A DNA stretch of 35,423 bases from Seison nebaliae (lineage: Eukaryota): the NCBI GenBank assembly GCA_023231475.1, contig JALJEE010000326.1, forward strand, positions 1 through 35,423, written 5' to 3'. The notes under the pieces are model-generated. The model was not told the origin of the DNA. It saw only the letters and a list, made by a program, of their open reading frames with translations, and made no database searches. The stretch's first letter is position 1, and the number at the start of each line of letters is the position of its first letter. The position numbers and the translations under genes were made by a program. Positions 25,201 through 35,423 of this stretch are shown in pieces.

Positions 25201-28200
25201 AAATTCTAAAAGATGTCACTAAAGGGAATTGTATTTATGCTGAATTCTCCAGAAATATTTCGACGATTATTCTCCATTCGATCCATTGTGATAGAAAGGT
25301 ATCGAAATCGATGAATAATATTTGTTTACAACAACCAAAAAAGCATTTGAATAACTTCGTGAAAAATTTAATCGAATCACATAAAACGGAAAAAGAATCA
25401 GAGAAGAAAAACGGAACATGTTTCACCGATTGGCATCGAATAGGAAATGGTTGTTATTATGTTAGTTTCGATGTTTATTTTCAAATTTCTCATATTTCAA
25501 TTTAAAAAAGTTAATAAAAGAAAAATTGGATTGGGGAGAAGCAAGAAAATTATGTTCAGAACATTCTCTTGATGGCAATGAAGATTTAGCGTGGTTCAAT
25601 TCGAGACAAGAAGAGAATAAAATTTTAAAATATTTTATACAAAAATTTTTGACTGGTGAGACGACAACGTCGTTATGGATCGGATTAATTAAACGTACGG
25701 GAAATCGAGGTTTCCGTTGGCTACGACCATTCCTCCCTATGAAATATGTTCGAACCATCAAATCGAGAAGTGAACATGGTTCTTCGTGTATCGCTTCGAC
25801 GGTTGGAAGATTCAGTAAATATTGGTCGAACTTTTATTGCACGACACCTCATTATGGATTGTGTCGGGGAGATTTGATCGAAGGAAATCTCACATCGAAA
25901 ATTAAAGAACGAAATAAAAAAAAGAAATTTTCAAATATCGCAGGTTGAAAATTATTAATTATTATTATAATTTATCATTAATAATCTCTGTTGTATATGT
26001 TGGTAGGAACTTTATGTAAAAATCTAATCGATCGTCATGATGCCAAAAGTACTTATTTACCTTTAACGGATAAATGTCTTTATTATTTACCTGCGTCAAC
26101 ACTATCACAAAATGATTTGAAATCTGTGAAGACTTTGGGACAATTGAATGAAAAGATTTGTCGATCATTACATGCCTTCACTGATATTGTATCGATTCAA
26201 TCTGAGGCGGAAAATCGATTTATTTATGAATTCGTTAAATATTTTTTTTGAGTTTTCAAAATCTCTAAGATCTTCTCAGGCTAATGGAGCGAAAGGACTT
26301 GATGAAACGAATTGTGTCCATATCGGATTGCAATTAAGTAAGAATTCGTGGATTGATGGTACTGGATTGACTTATTCGAATATTTATATACGATCCAAAT
26401 TCCAACATTATACCATGAAATTGAAGAACGGTCTTTGGGAATTCATTTATAAATGGCCAACAACTAAATGTGGATATGTTTGTCAAATTCCTCTATATAT
26501 TCTTCAGGATCACATCAAATTACGAGTGACGTCAAAAGCTTTATTGAATGAAATGGTACTTCAACCAACATTCGATAAGTATTTGAAACAGAAACAACTT
26601 TGGGAAATTACGAAGAACGGAATGAGAAAAGAATTTAAAAAATATATTCCTGATTCCGATTGGCAATGGGAGAATAGTGAATTATTGAAACGGACAGTCA
26701 GACTTGTCAATTCCATCTCCATTTCCACATTCACTAAATTATTGGCAGCGAAAAATAATTCGCTAATTATTCCGTCGTTAAGTAAAAGTTTCAATTGTCC
26801 CGTTTCTACCGACTCTTTTGGTTATCATTCGTTTTTGTTTCTCATGTGTAATATAAGAAATTGTTAGATGGAAATTGCTATTTTACTTCATCATCATCCA
26901 AATGTCAACAATTCTCCAGTGAAGGAGCTCGAATTGCCAATATCTGGTCAAGATATGAAGCAAGTTTATTATAATAATTTACTTGTAAACTTATTTAATT
27001 TATTCGCAGATTATATTCATCTTTTATCGGCGTTATTAGGATATGATTTAATCGTCAGTTCTCATCCAACATTTGAAGTTATTTTTCTTTTGTTCATTAA
27101 ATGTAATTAAAAACAAATTTTAATAAATAATTCAACAAATTAGTTGACCAATTCAACGAAAATGGAAACCATAAACAAAACCATCATTATGGGACAGGAA
27201 CAGGTTCGACGAATAAATGGCAAACAATTCTCTTCAGCTAAATATCTTTGTTCTTATTCTCAAGGTTATTATTATTCTTTTGTATTCTAATCTCAAATAA
27301 TGTTAATTTCATTCAAATAATTATTAGATAATATTCATGAAATAACATTTTGCCTGATGAAACAAGATGCTAAAATTGAATGTTCAAATTCTAATACATT
27401 TATTCAAATCATCAAATCATTCATTAGTACATCGAATAAAGGATTTACGAATTGTGGTTAGAATTTGAGTAGTAATCGCTTGAAATTTAATTAAACTTCT
27501 AAAGGACATATCGATGAAGGAGTAGATTATAAAAATACTTCATTCATCGATACGACATCGTTAGTGGAGCAAGTATGTAACGGAAGAAACGATTGTCCAA
27601 TTGAAACGAATAACTTTATAAAAATTTTGGAAAGAAACATAAGTTCTATTTAGAATTGTATATTTCTTATTTTTCAAATTTCTTCTCGGTAGATTCGACG
27701 TCCAATATCATTCATTATCTTTATACGGTTACCATTCTATATCAATGTCAATCGAAGCAATTTGCAATGCCGAACGATATCGAACTTCAATCATCCAACA
27801 GTGACTTGCTGGGTCGAAGTTATCGAAAGAAATTGAAAGAATGTCGAATTCCACAACGTTTCCAATACAATGGAAAAGTTTATAATACCAACTACTGTAT
27901 CAGTACGATGGAGAAGGGAAAACAATGGCCAAATGTCCTCAATTACTATCTGACACACATCAACATTTATTCACCTTTAGACACATGTCAATTAGTTAAT
28001 TGATTCTTTGAAACTTTAAATTAATTTTAAATTTCATTTATCAGATGGGTAACGAGACGAAAATGGGCAAATGTGTTTATGCCACTTCCAGTTTTAATTT
28101 TAAAATTTAAATTTCTTTATTTTTATTAATTTCCCAGTTGATTATTCGAATGAGAAAGGTGACAGATGTAAAGCAGGATATTATCGTTATGGAATGACGA

Positions 28201-29778
28201 ATTGTTTATCGTTCAAAATTGAACCGAACAATTATGCAAATGCAGAAGCGATTTGTAAGAAGGATAATGCTCATTTAGTGATAATAGACTCGATTGGAAT
28301 CATTCAATTTATTACGAGTATTTATCATAATTTCAAATTTTTATCATCCCCAAATATTCAGAAAGCACAACAACAAGTCGTTTGGATTGGAGCATCTTTA
28401 CCGAAAGCTGTTTGTTTCCTTAATTTCCATTGGATTTCCAAATTTAAATTTCATACAAATTCATAGACGAAAACCATCAAATCTTTCATTAATGATACTA
28501 GATGGAGTGATGGTATCATATCGAAAGAAAGACAATATTTTCTTTTTGAAAATAGTTTATATTTCCAATATCTGGTTCTGAAGATGCAACATCTGATTAG
28601 TAAGAATGCCACATCGAATGATTATTTACATTCAACTTTACCGTTGAATATTCCAAATTTGGGATGGGTTCTCATCGTTCGAAGTTCGGCAAAGAAGAAA
28701 TATAAAGAGAAAATTGATCAGTTCTATATTGAAAATAAGTTACTGGGACGAGTGATCGTTCATAATCGTGCAAATTCCCTCCCGTTCATTTGTTCTTATA
28801 AAATAAATGAGAATAAAAGTTTCAAATTTGCTCCCATTATTTCATATTTCTCATTCACTTTTTTATAGAATTGAAACCTCAAATATTCTGTCTAGATGAA
28901 ATTTATCCTAACAAATGTCTTTATGTCTACAAGAAAAGTGTTAGACATAAAAAAGCTGATAAATTTTGTCGAGAAAACGGATATACTTTAGTATCTGAAG
29001 ATTTGTTGTATCAAATGGGATCTATATTACAAAATTCTTCTTTACCGAAAAATGCCAAGATCTGGACGGAAAGAGGTTTTATTTTTTTCGAGTAAAATTA
29101 TTTGAATTTTATTATATTATTTTAGTTAATCGGAAATGTTTTTATTATTCGATGAAATCATATGAGGTCGTTGGAAGTTTCTGTTATAGTCGAATGAAAT
29201 ATGTGGGATGTATGAGAGAAGAATTACCTGAAGAAGATTATACAATCCAACGGAAACTTTATACACAGATACAGGAATGGAAAAAGTGGCCGAATGACGA
29301 AGAAACGACAGTTTCACCCACAACTATAATTAATTCATTAGAGAATAATGAAGAATTTACGAATGATGATAATGGAGATGAACAATTCGAAAAATTGCAA
29401 TCCGATGAAACTAATTCGCAAAGAAAAAGAAAACCGAATGTATATTATGTAATTGCTATTTTTGCAATTTCTATTATTTTGACAGTTCTATTAATATTCA
29501 TCGTGACAATTAGGAAGAAATACAATCGTTCATCACATAATGAGAATTTTCCAAGATTCTTTTATGATGAAATCATTGGCATTCTAACCAAATCAGATGG
29601 AAATAATTCTCATTTCAATCTAATATCTGCTCCCTCATTAATAAGAAATCCAATTTACTCTCGATTGAATAGTAATAAAGAAAGAAATATTTCGGAAGAA
29701 GTCGAAGCCGAAAATGTTTTGGATGATGTGATGAATTCGATTAAAAAGAATAACAACATTCACCAATCAGACAGTTAA
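22217..29778 (+). CDS. Type I membrane multi-C-type-lectin receptor (mannose-receptor-like): ~9 divergent CTLDs, two FN2-like modules, one SUEL/Gal-lectin domain, a TM helix and an NPxY tail; ~29-30 exons, roughly 2000 aa
   Basis: Signal peptide MRILLFFLYFFHFRLISA at 22217. 28-29 short GTT..AG introns give one continuous frame to TAA at 29778. CTLD motifs include CSPGWFNIGHHCY, W.DA..YC....GELASIHS.EEN, LWIGL and PFICQ. FN2-like DGKQCSIPY and ECRIPQRFQYNGKVY; SUEL-like VEQVCNGRNDC..YLYTVTILYQC; TM YYVIAIFAISIILTVLLIFIV; NPIY at 29647-29658. Individual exon boundaries are hand-derived. Confidence 0.85.
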
Positions 29779-29931
29779 CCGAAATAAATATTTTTGTAAT
29801 TTTAATTTTCCTTTTTATTCCCAAACAGTGAAATGTTAAAATTTCATTTTAAATTAATTCAATTAATAAAAATTATCATAATCTCATAAAGTATAACGGT
29901 TTTTCCCATTAAAAGTTCAGCAAACAATGAA

Positions 29932-30669
29932 TCATTTTTTCGGAAATTCACTCAATCCTGAAAAATTTTTTAATAGATAATATATCATATATATAATCAT
30001 ATTATTATTAACCACGGTAACACAACCCCGACTTGATTCTGTCATGTCGACAAATCAGCATCTGAAGAAGATAAGTCGACCAACTCTATAATAGAACAAT
30101 AAATTCGAGAAAAAAATTAAAGAAAAATTAAACTTCGAAGAAACCATCGAATTTGGCTGTCCAATATTCCCGAAGACGATCGACTGTCGTTCTTATAAAT
30201 AGCGTTCCAACTTTTGGTTTTGTCTATAAGGTTTGAAGAATGATATTATTCACGATAAAATTCAACCAATACCACTTCTAACTTTGCAAATGAGTCCTAA
30301 ATTTAAAAGAAAAATGTTTTAAAAAGTTGATATACTTTAAATGATATTAACCACAGGAACACTCAGAGGAGGTGAACTCCGAGTCCACTCGATAAACGAC
30401 CTTCTGAAATTTCAAATTAATTAATTTTGTTTTTCATATCACTCATATGTTCACTCGTTTCAAAATGATGATTGTTGAATGATTTGAATTTAGATTAGAA
30501 TTAAACTAACTCAGCACCACCGTCTTCACCTTCTTACTCATCATCTTTACCAACCTTTTAATTTGAAACATAAATGAATTATTATTAAAGAATTGAAAAA
30601 ACTTTTTGCCATCTGGCCCCTATACGGAATTTTTTCTCGATTCGTTTTCGGATTATTTCGATATTCCAT
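29932..30669 (-). CDS. Small 7-exon gene absent from the ORF track, hypothetical ~119-aa protein; exons 30669-30603, 30532-30511, 30403-30352, 30296-30267, 30223-30134, 30085-30013, 29957-29932
   Basis: GC-richer blocks alternate with AT-rich GTT..AG introns (70, 107, 55, 43, 48, 55 nt). The joined frame of 360 nt reads MEYRNNPK...RSFIEWTRSSPPLSVPVDSFAKLEVVLTKPKVGTLFIRTTVDRLREYWTAKFDGFFESWSTYLLQMLICRHDRIKSGLCYRGLSEFPKK*. The first two exons are uncertain because the model skips two upstream AGs. Confidence 0.45.
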
Positions 30670-31461
30670 CTTATTCTATCAAAATCAACAGAATAGAATT
30701 ATAGTAAGATTAGAAAATGAAGAAATTCGAAACTAATAATTTGTCAACAATTTACAAAAAAATATAAAACATTGAAAATGCTTAGGATAAGTAAACTGTT
30801 CTATTTACACTATTGACTTCTTATATATATAAAAATTCATCTCTTATTGTTTAATTTTAATCTAATGCCACGTTTCAAAAAGCGCACAAATTAGTTTCAC
30901 GGTTAATTTTTTTATAACTGACAAAGTGGATGACGTCAACAATCTCACTTCTATGCATAAATGAATCACGATTCGTTTTCCTCACCATATATATTTATAT
31001 TGTCATATCTTATATATATTTATAATATATATATAATAAATAGATTTTTCTCCTTCAAAGTTGGATCGAGTTCATTTCCTATCGTTATTATTTTGAGAAT
31101 ATTTTTTTGAAGATATGATATAGAGTTACGAATGAATTTAAAATTATATTAAAGTTCTTAGGGACAAAAATTATCATTGTCACATATAGAATAACGTTCG
31201 TCATTGCAAAAGGATTATGAATCTCTATTATTATATATATATAATTATGTTCACCATATACAATCATAATTCATATAATACAAGATCAAAGTTAAGAAGT
31301 AATTTTGGGTTCATTTTAAAAAATTTAATAAGAATATAATTTTTTGGAAAAGAATGATGAAATTTAAAAACATTGGACGATTATGTAAAAAGAAAGAATG
31401 TCAAGGCTATATAGGAGTAAGCCATAATGGTTGGGAAAAAATATGTTTCTAATCCGAATGT

Positions 31462-31893
31462 TCAAGTCAGTTTTTCTGTAGAAATAAATGAAAATATTAT
31501 GTTTTATAAAAAGTAATTAAAGAGATCAAATAAAACTTATGCATGTTAATGGAAAATCAACGGACAACGGTTCCCAAATTCCTGTATGGTTTGCACAAAT
31601 ATATTTTACAGTATCGTCATCCGTTTCTTTAAATGTATATCCATCCAAACACTGATATTCAATGTAACTTCCACTTTCACCGTATTCTTTACCTTTACCA
31701 GTTTCTCCTTTAAAATTAGGCCGAATAGCTGTACGGGAATCTATCATTAAATATGTTTCTGGAACTTTCTGACATGTAACTATTCCAGGATAAAATAAGA
31801 TATAATATTTCAAAAGATTTTCTTTAAATTGAAACCTATTTGGCTGAACGAACAATGACACATACCGAAAAAGACCAAAAGTAGAAAGAACAT
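31462..31893 (-). CDS. Small secreted single sushi/CCP-domain protein; exons 31893-31836, 31779-31537, 31475-31462 (104 aa)
   Basis: Signal peptide MFFLLLVFFGMCHC. Sushi pattern VTC...GSYIEYQCLDGY...YICANHTGIW....PLTC. Two GTT..AG introns (56 and 61 nt) keep the frame. Confidence 0.8.
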
Positions 31894-32428
31894 TTTCAAT
31901 ATTTCATCAAATTTTTTAGTGTCAATTTATAGTATTAATTCAGATATTCATCTATTAATTAATTACATTTGCTACTCGAATATTTTAAAAACTAATTGGT
32001 AATTTTTCATATATTTTTGTTTACCCATATCATGTAATAAATACTTATGTATAATGACGTTCCTTAAAAATGTACAAACGAACAAAAAAACAAATTGACT
32101 AACCCACTTCAGAAAAACATTTGACAACTATAGAACATAATTAACATTTTATACACATTTTCCTAACTATCATTAACTGTTGCTGGAAGTGAAAAATATG
32201 ATGAAGAAAAATTTATTTAAATTTCCTTATAATAAAAATAGATGAAAATTTTTTAATAGAAGTTGATAGTGAAAACGGTGAGAAAATTAAACATGAGAAA
32301 TGATATTGAAAATCAAAAAGGCAACTAAATTTAGTAAAGATTGTGGGAATGATGATGAATTGTTTGGGGTTATAAATTTGAATTTTGAACTTCTTAAAAT
32401 TCTGGCCAAAGTTTAATAATTTTGGAAG

Positions 32429-34791
32429 ATGATGACGGAGACGTCAAACTTGAACGATGTGTTTCTGATGAATCCTTTCGAGATCATCATCTCGATATCA
32501 TTTCTTCTCATTATTTTCATTATATTCACTGAATTATTTCGGCTCTACATCATAAGAGGATTCGATTTGAGGAAAGCGACTAATAAAGTTTATTTATTGG
32601 GTGACACTGATAATTTGCCGGTCTATCAAGTCAATACCTTCTTCAATGGTCAAATTATTTTATCAGGAGGTGGTGGAAAATCAAAAACGGGAGTACCCAA
32701 TTTTATTGTTGGTAAATAAATTGTTTCATTTGAAACTGTAAACGAACATATTTCAGGATTATCGATTGTTCTCCACGAAATTAAGCGAGCAAATTTATGA
32801 AAAAGATGACACGATCGATGGTGGAGATCGAGCGGTAATTGAGAAGGTCGGCCAAATCGGTCTTCATTCTCGATTGAGATTCCTCATGGACGATTCGATA
32901 ATGTTGGCGAAAGTGATTGTGAGAGCGAACAGAGATTCATTAGATCTCTATTATTTTGGTATTTGTGGAACACAATTGATCGTGTTACGTGGCGAATGTT
33001 TATCTGATTTCAGTTTAGTAGAAATTTTCATTTTAAAAGAAGTTTTCTAAATAAAATCTCACTTTTCCATCGTTTTTAAATTTCTTCATTTCTTTCATTA
33101 TTTTCAAATTTCTTTATTTTTTTCCATCATTTTCAAATTTCTTTATTTTTCCACCTTTTTCCATCATTTTCAAATTTCTTTATTTTTCCACTTTTTCCAT
33201 CATTTTTAAATTTCTTTATTTTTTCATCTTTTTCAAATATCCTTTTTTTCCTTATTTAATTCTAGCGTTTGATGAACTCGCTCAAGTGATTGCGTATGAT
33301 GTGATGCCAATGAAAATTCAGAAGAAATTGAAAAAATTCGATAAAGTGATGAAAAGTGGAGATATCGATTCGTATATTAAGTTGGGCACTCCACCATCTT
33401 TCGAAGTGACAGCATTGTGTATTGATGCGAAAAATCGAGTGATAATTATTGCAGATCAATTGGGAAATATTCATATTTTGAGTGTTCAATCTCTTTCTAT
33501 TCTCTCCAAATTAACTGTTCTCCATTGACAGATGAGATTTTATGATGATGATGAAGATTATCCGTTGATGTTGAAAGTGATTCAATTATTAGATATGAAA
33601 CATTCGATTGTACAAATTGAAAAGAATGATATTGATGGTACAGTTAATATTTCATTTAATTATCAATTTAAAATGTTTATTTTCAGTATTTCATCGTACA
33701 AGATGGACATCTAAAGAAAACATCATTCGATAATGATAATGATGTTGTGGATTGTCCAATGAAAGAGATTGATATGAAAGTATTTAAATGGAGGAAATTA
33801 TCGTTAAAAATTTTAATTAAAATAATTAATAAATATTTAAAAATTTGAAATATTCAGACGATGGATAGCTCCACATTTTATTGAGGAGAATGAGAAACCG
33901 AGTGATGAATTAAACAGAAAAATTAGAAATGCTAATCGAAATGACGGTGATTGGCGTTGTCTCCGAATGAGACAAATAAATGAATTTTCGCCTAAATCAT
34001 ATTTGTTCGGTGGATTGGTTGGTCGACGAATTCGTTCATCGAAAGATTACAGAGAATTTTTATTCTTTACAAATGATGGAATTAAATTTCATAAATTAGA
34101 AATTAATTCGAAACGTCATGATCGTTCGGCGACCGAACTTCAACTTCATCACAATTATGCAGTTATCGGATTTAGTGATGGGAATATTGATGTGTGGGAT
34201 TTGACGAGAAGAGAAATAATTTCAACGGAAAATACTCATCAATCCATGATAACGGCAATTACCCCATTTAAAAATAATGAAAATTGGTGTGATATTGAAA
34301 TATCGAATACTTGTGAATGGCAACAATTCGCTCCAAAGAACGAAGAAGATGAACCATTTTTATTCATTTCTGTTGATCAATCACAACAATTATATCTCAC
34401 TTCTGTCAAATCGTCACGACCTGGAAGATTTTATTATTATCTAATTTCTTTCCTTTTTTTCATATTCTTATTTCTCGTTTTCAATGTACCTGAAGGATGG
34501 AATTCATTTTCACTCACCACTTGGACACAATCCAATTCGTTACTCAAACTCTATTTATCATACGAAGAACAATATCGAACGATGTTAATGAAAGAATTAT
34601 TTAGTAATCATATCGTCAAACATCTCTTCCAACCCGTCACTATACAACCAACATTTCTTGGAAGGAATTATGGAAATGAAATAGAAATGGAATTGTTCGG
34701 AATCGGAATGAAATATGCATCTACTCTCTATCGTGATATGGTTTATATCAATGGATTATGGTACAGTTTACAAGCGCAAGAATCCTTATGA
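32429..34791 (+). CDS. PREB: Sec12/prolactin regulatory element-binding protein-like WD40 Sar1 GEF; exons 32429-32707, 32757-33012, 33266-33483, 33532-33642, 33687-33802, 33858-34791 (637 aa)
   Basis: Sec12 K-loop signature LPVY...IILSGGGGKSKTGVPN; WD-like repeats (VIGFSDGNIDVWD, THQSMITAI); a C-terminal TM (FYYYLISFLFFIFLFLVF) followed by a luminal tail. Five frame-preserving introns. Confidence 0.78.
33062..33245. repeat. Pyrimidine-rich minisatellite (~30-39-nt unit, ~5-6 degenerate copies) inside PREB intron 2
   Basis: TTTTCCATCATTTTCAAATTTCTTTATTTTT recurs and expands this intron to 253 nt, against roughly 55 nt for most others. Confidence 0.85.
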
Positions 34792-34894
34792 AAATTCTTC
34801 CGCCCAAAAAATCCCTTTTCATTATTTGTTCGTCTCTTTTATTTTGAAGATTATTGAAACGATTGAAAGAAATCATCTGAACGTTACTTTAATT

Positions 34895-35110
34895 TTAATT
34901 AAATTTAAATTGAGTTTTAATAAAATTAAAATTAAAATTTTGATAAAATTAAATTTAAAATTTTGATTAAATTAAATTTAAAATTTTGATAAAATTAAAA
35001 TTAAAATTTTGATAAAATTAAATTTAAAATTTTGATTAAATTAAAATTGAAATTTTGATAAAATTAAAATTAAATTTTTGATAAAATTAAAATTAAAACT
35101 TTGATAATTT
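34895..35110. repeat. AT-rich tandem repeat (~22-23-nt unit, ~9 copies)
   Basis: AAAATTTTGATAAAATTAAA(A/T)TT recurs downstream of PREB. Confidence 0.85.
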
Positions 35111-35341
35111 TTCATATTTATAAAATTTATAGTATAAAAAATAAAAATAAAATTCGAGAAATATTTAATCGAAATTTACAAATTGTAAATTACAATGATT
35201 TTATATTCCATAAAAAAACGTCTAAAATTTCAATATTATTAATTAATATTTATTCGAAATTTTGGAAAAAAGTGCGCCTTAAAAAAAAAAAAAAAATTTT
35301 TTTTACGTTCGATTTCTCGTTATAACACGTCACTACTGAAG

Positions 35342-35423
35342 ATGACTTCAAATGGTACCAACTTATCGATCTGTCATGAGAATTTGGCCGTCAACGAGAC
35401 AAACCAGAATGAAATAACAGTGT
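35342..35423 (+). CDS. Probable start of a downstream gene running off the window; N-glycosylation-rich N-terminus
   Basis: ATG at 35342 opens MTSNGTNLSICHENLAVNETNQNEITV to the edge. Three N-x-S/T sequons and no signal peptide, as seen in GPCR N-termini, but only 27 codons are visible. Confidence 0.35.
   Translation, partial: MTSNGTNLSICHENLAVNETNQNEITV

Noticed and set aside
35336..35400. CTGAAGA as a hammerhead ribozyme core
   Set aside because: No stem II closed by GAAA and no stems I/III. The region is better explained as a coding start at 35342.

Overview
A very AT-rich, compact eukaryotic (metazoan-type) genomic window; the exact lineage cannot be determined from the sequence. I rebuilt gene models by hand by joining the ORF track across short GT-AG introns, mostly about 43-75 nt. 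The window contains: a 5'-truncated acidic ORF; an intronless 2709-aa GBF1 Arf-GEF; PUS3/TruA; an ~8-TM tandem claudin/PMP22 protein; a secreted kringle/FN2-like + sushi + highly basic protein; intronless DDX41; a ~30-exon mannose-receptor-like multi-C-type-lectin receptor with FN2-like and SUEL domains; an unannotated 7-exon micro-gene; a secreted single-sushi protein; Sec12/PREB; and a probable gene start at the right edge. Three signals stand out. (1) About 50 of the 51 reconstructed introns begin GTT, with no conservation at +4..+6, instead of GTRAGT, which suggests a lineage-specific 5' splice-site code. (2) A ~1.8-kb intergenic block between PUS3 and the claudin gene is bracketed by a GC-cored inverted repeat and holds an exact 43-nt inverted copy of PUS3 coding sequence and a Merlin/IS1595-like DDE remnant. 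(3) Inside that block is a ~420-nt island dense in hairpins with a possible pseudoknot, a candidate structured ncRNA. All splice models and folds are manual inferences and need RNA-seq or computational confirmation.
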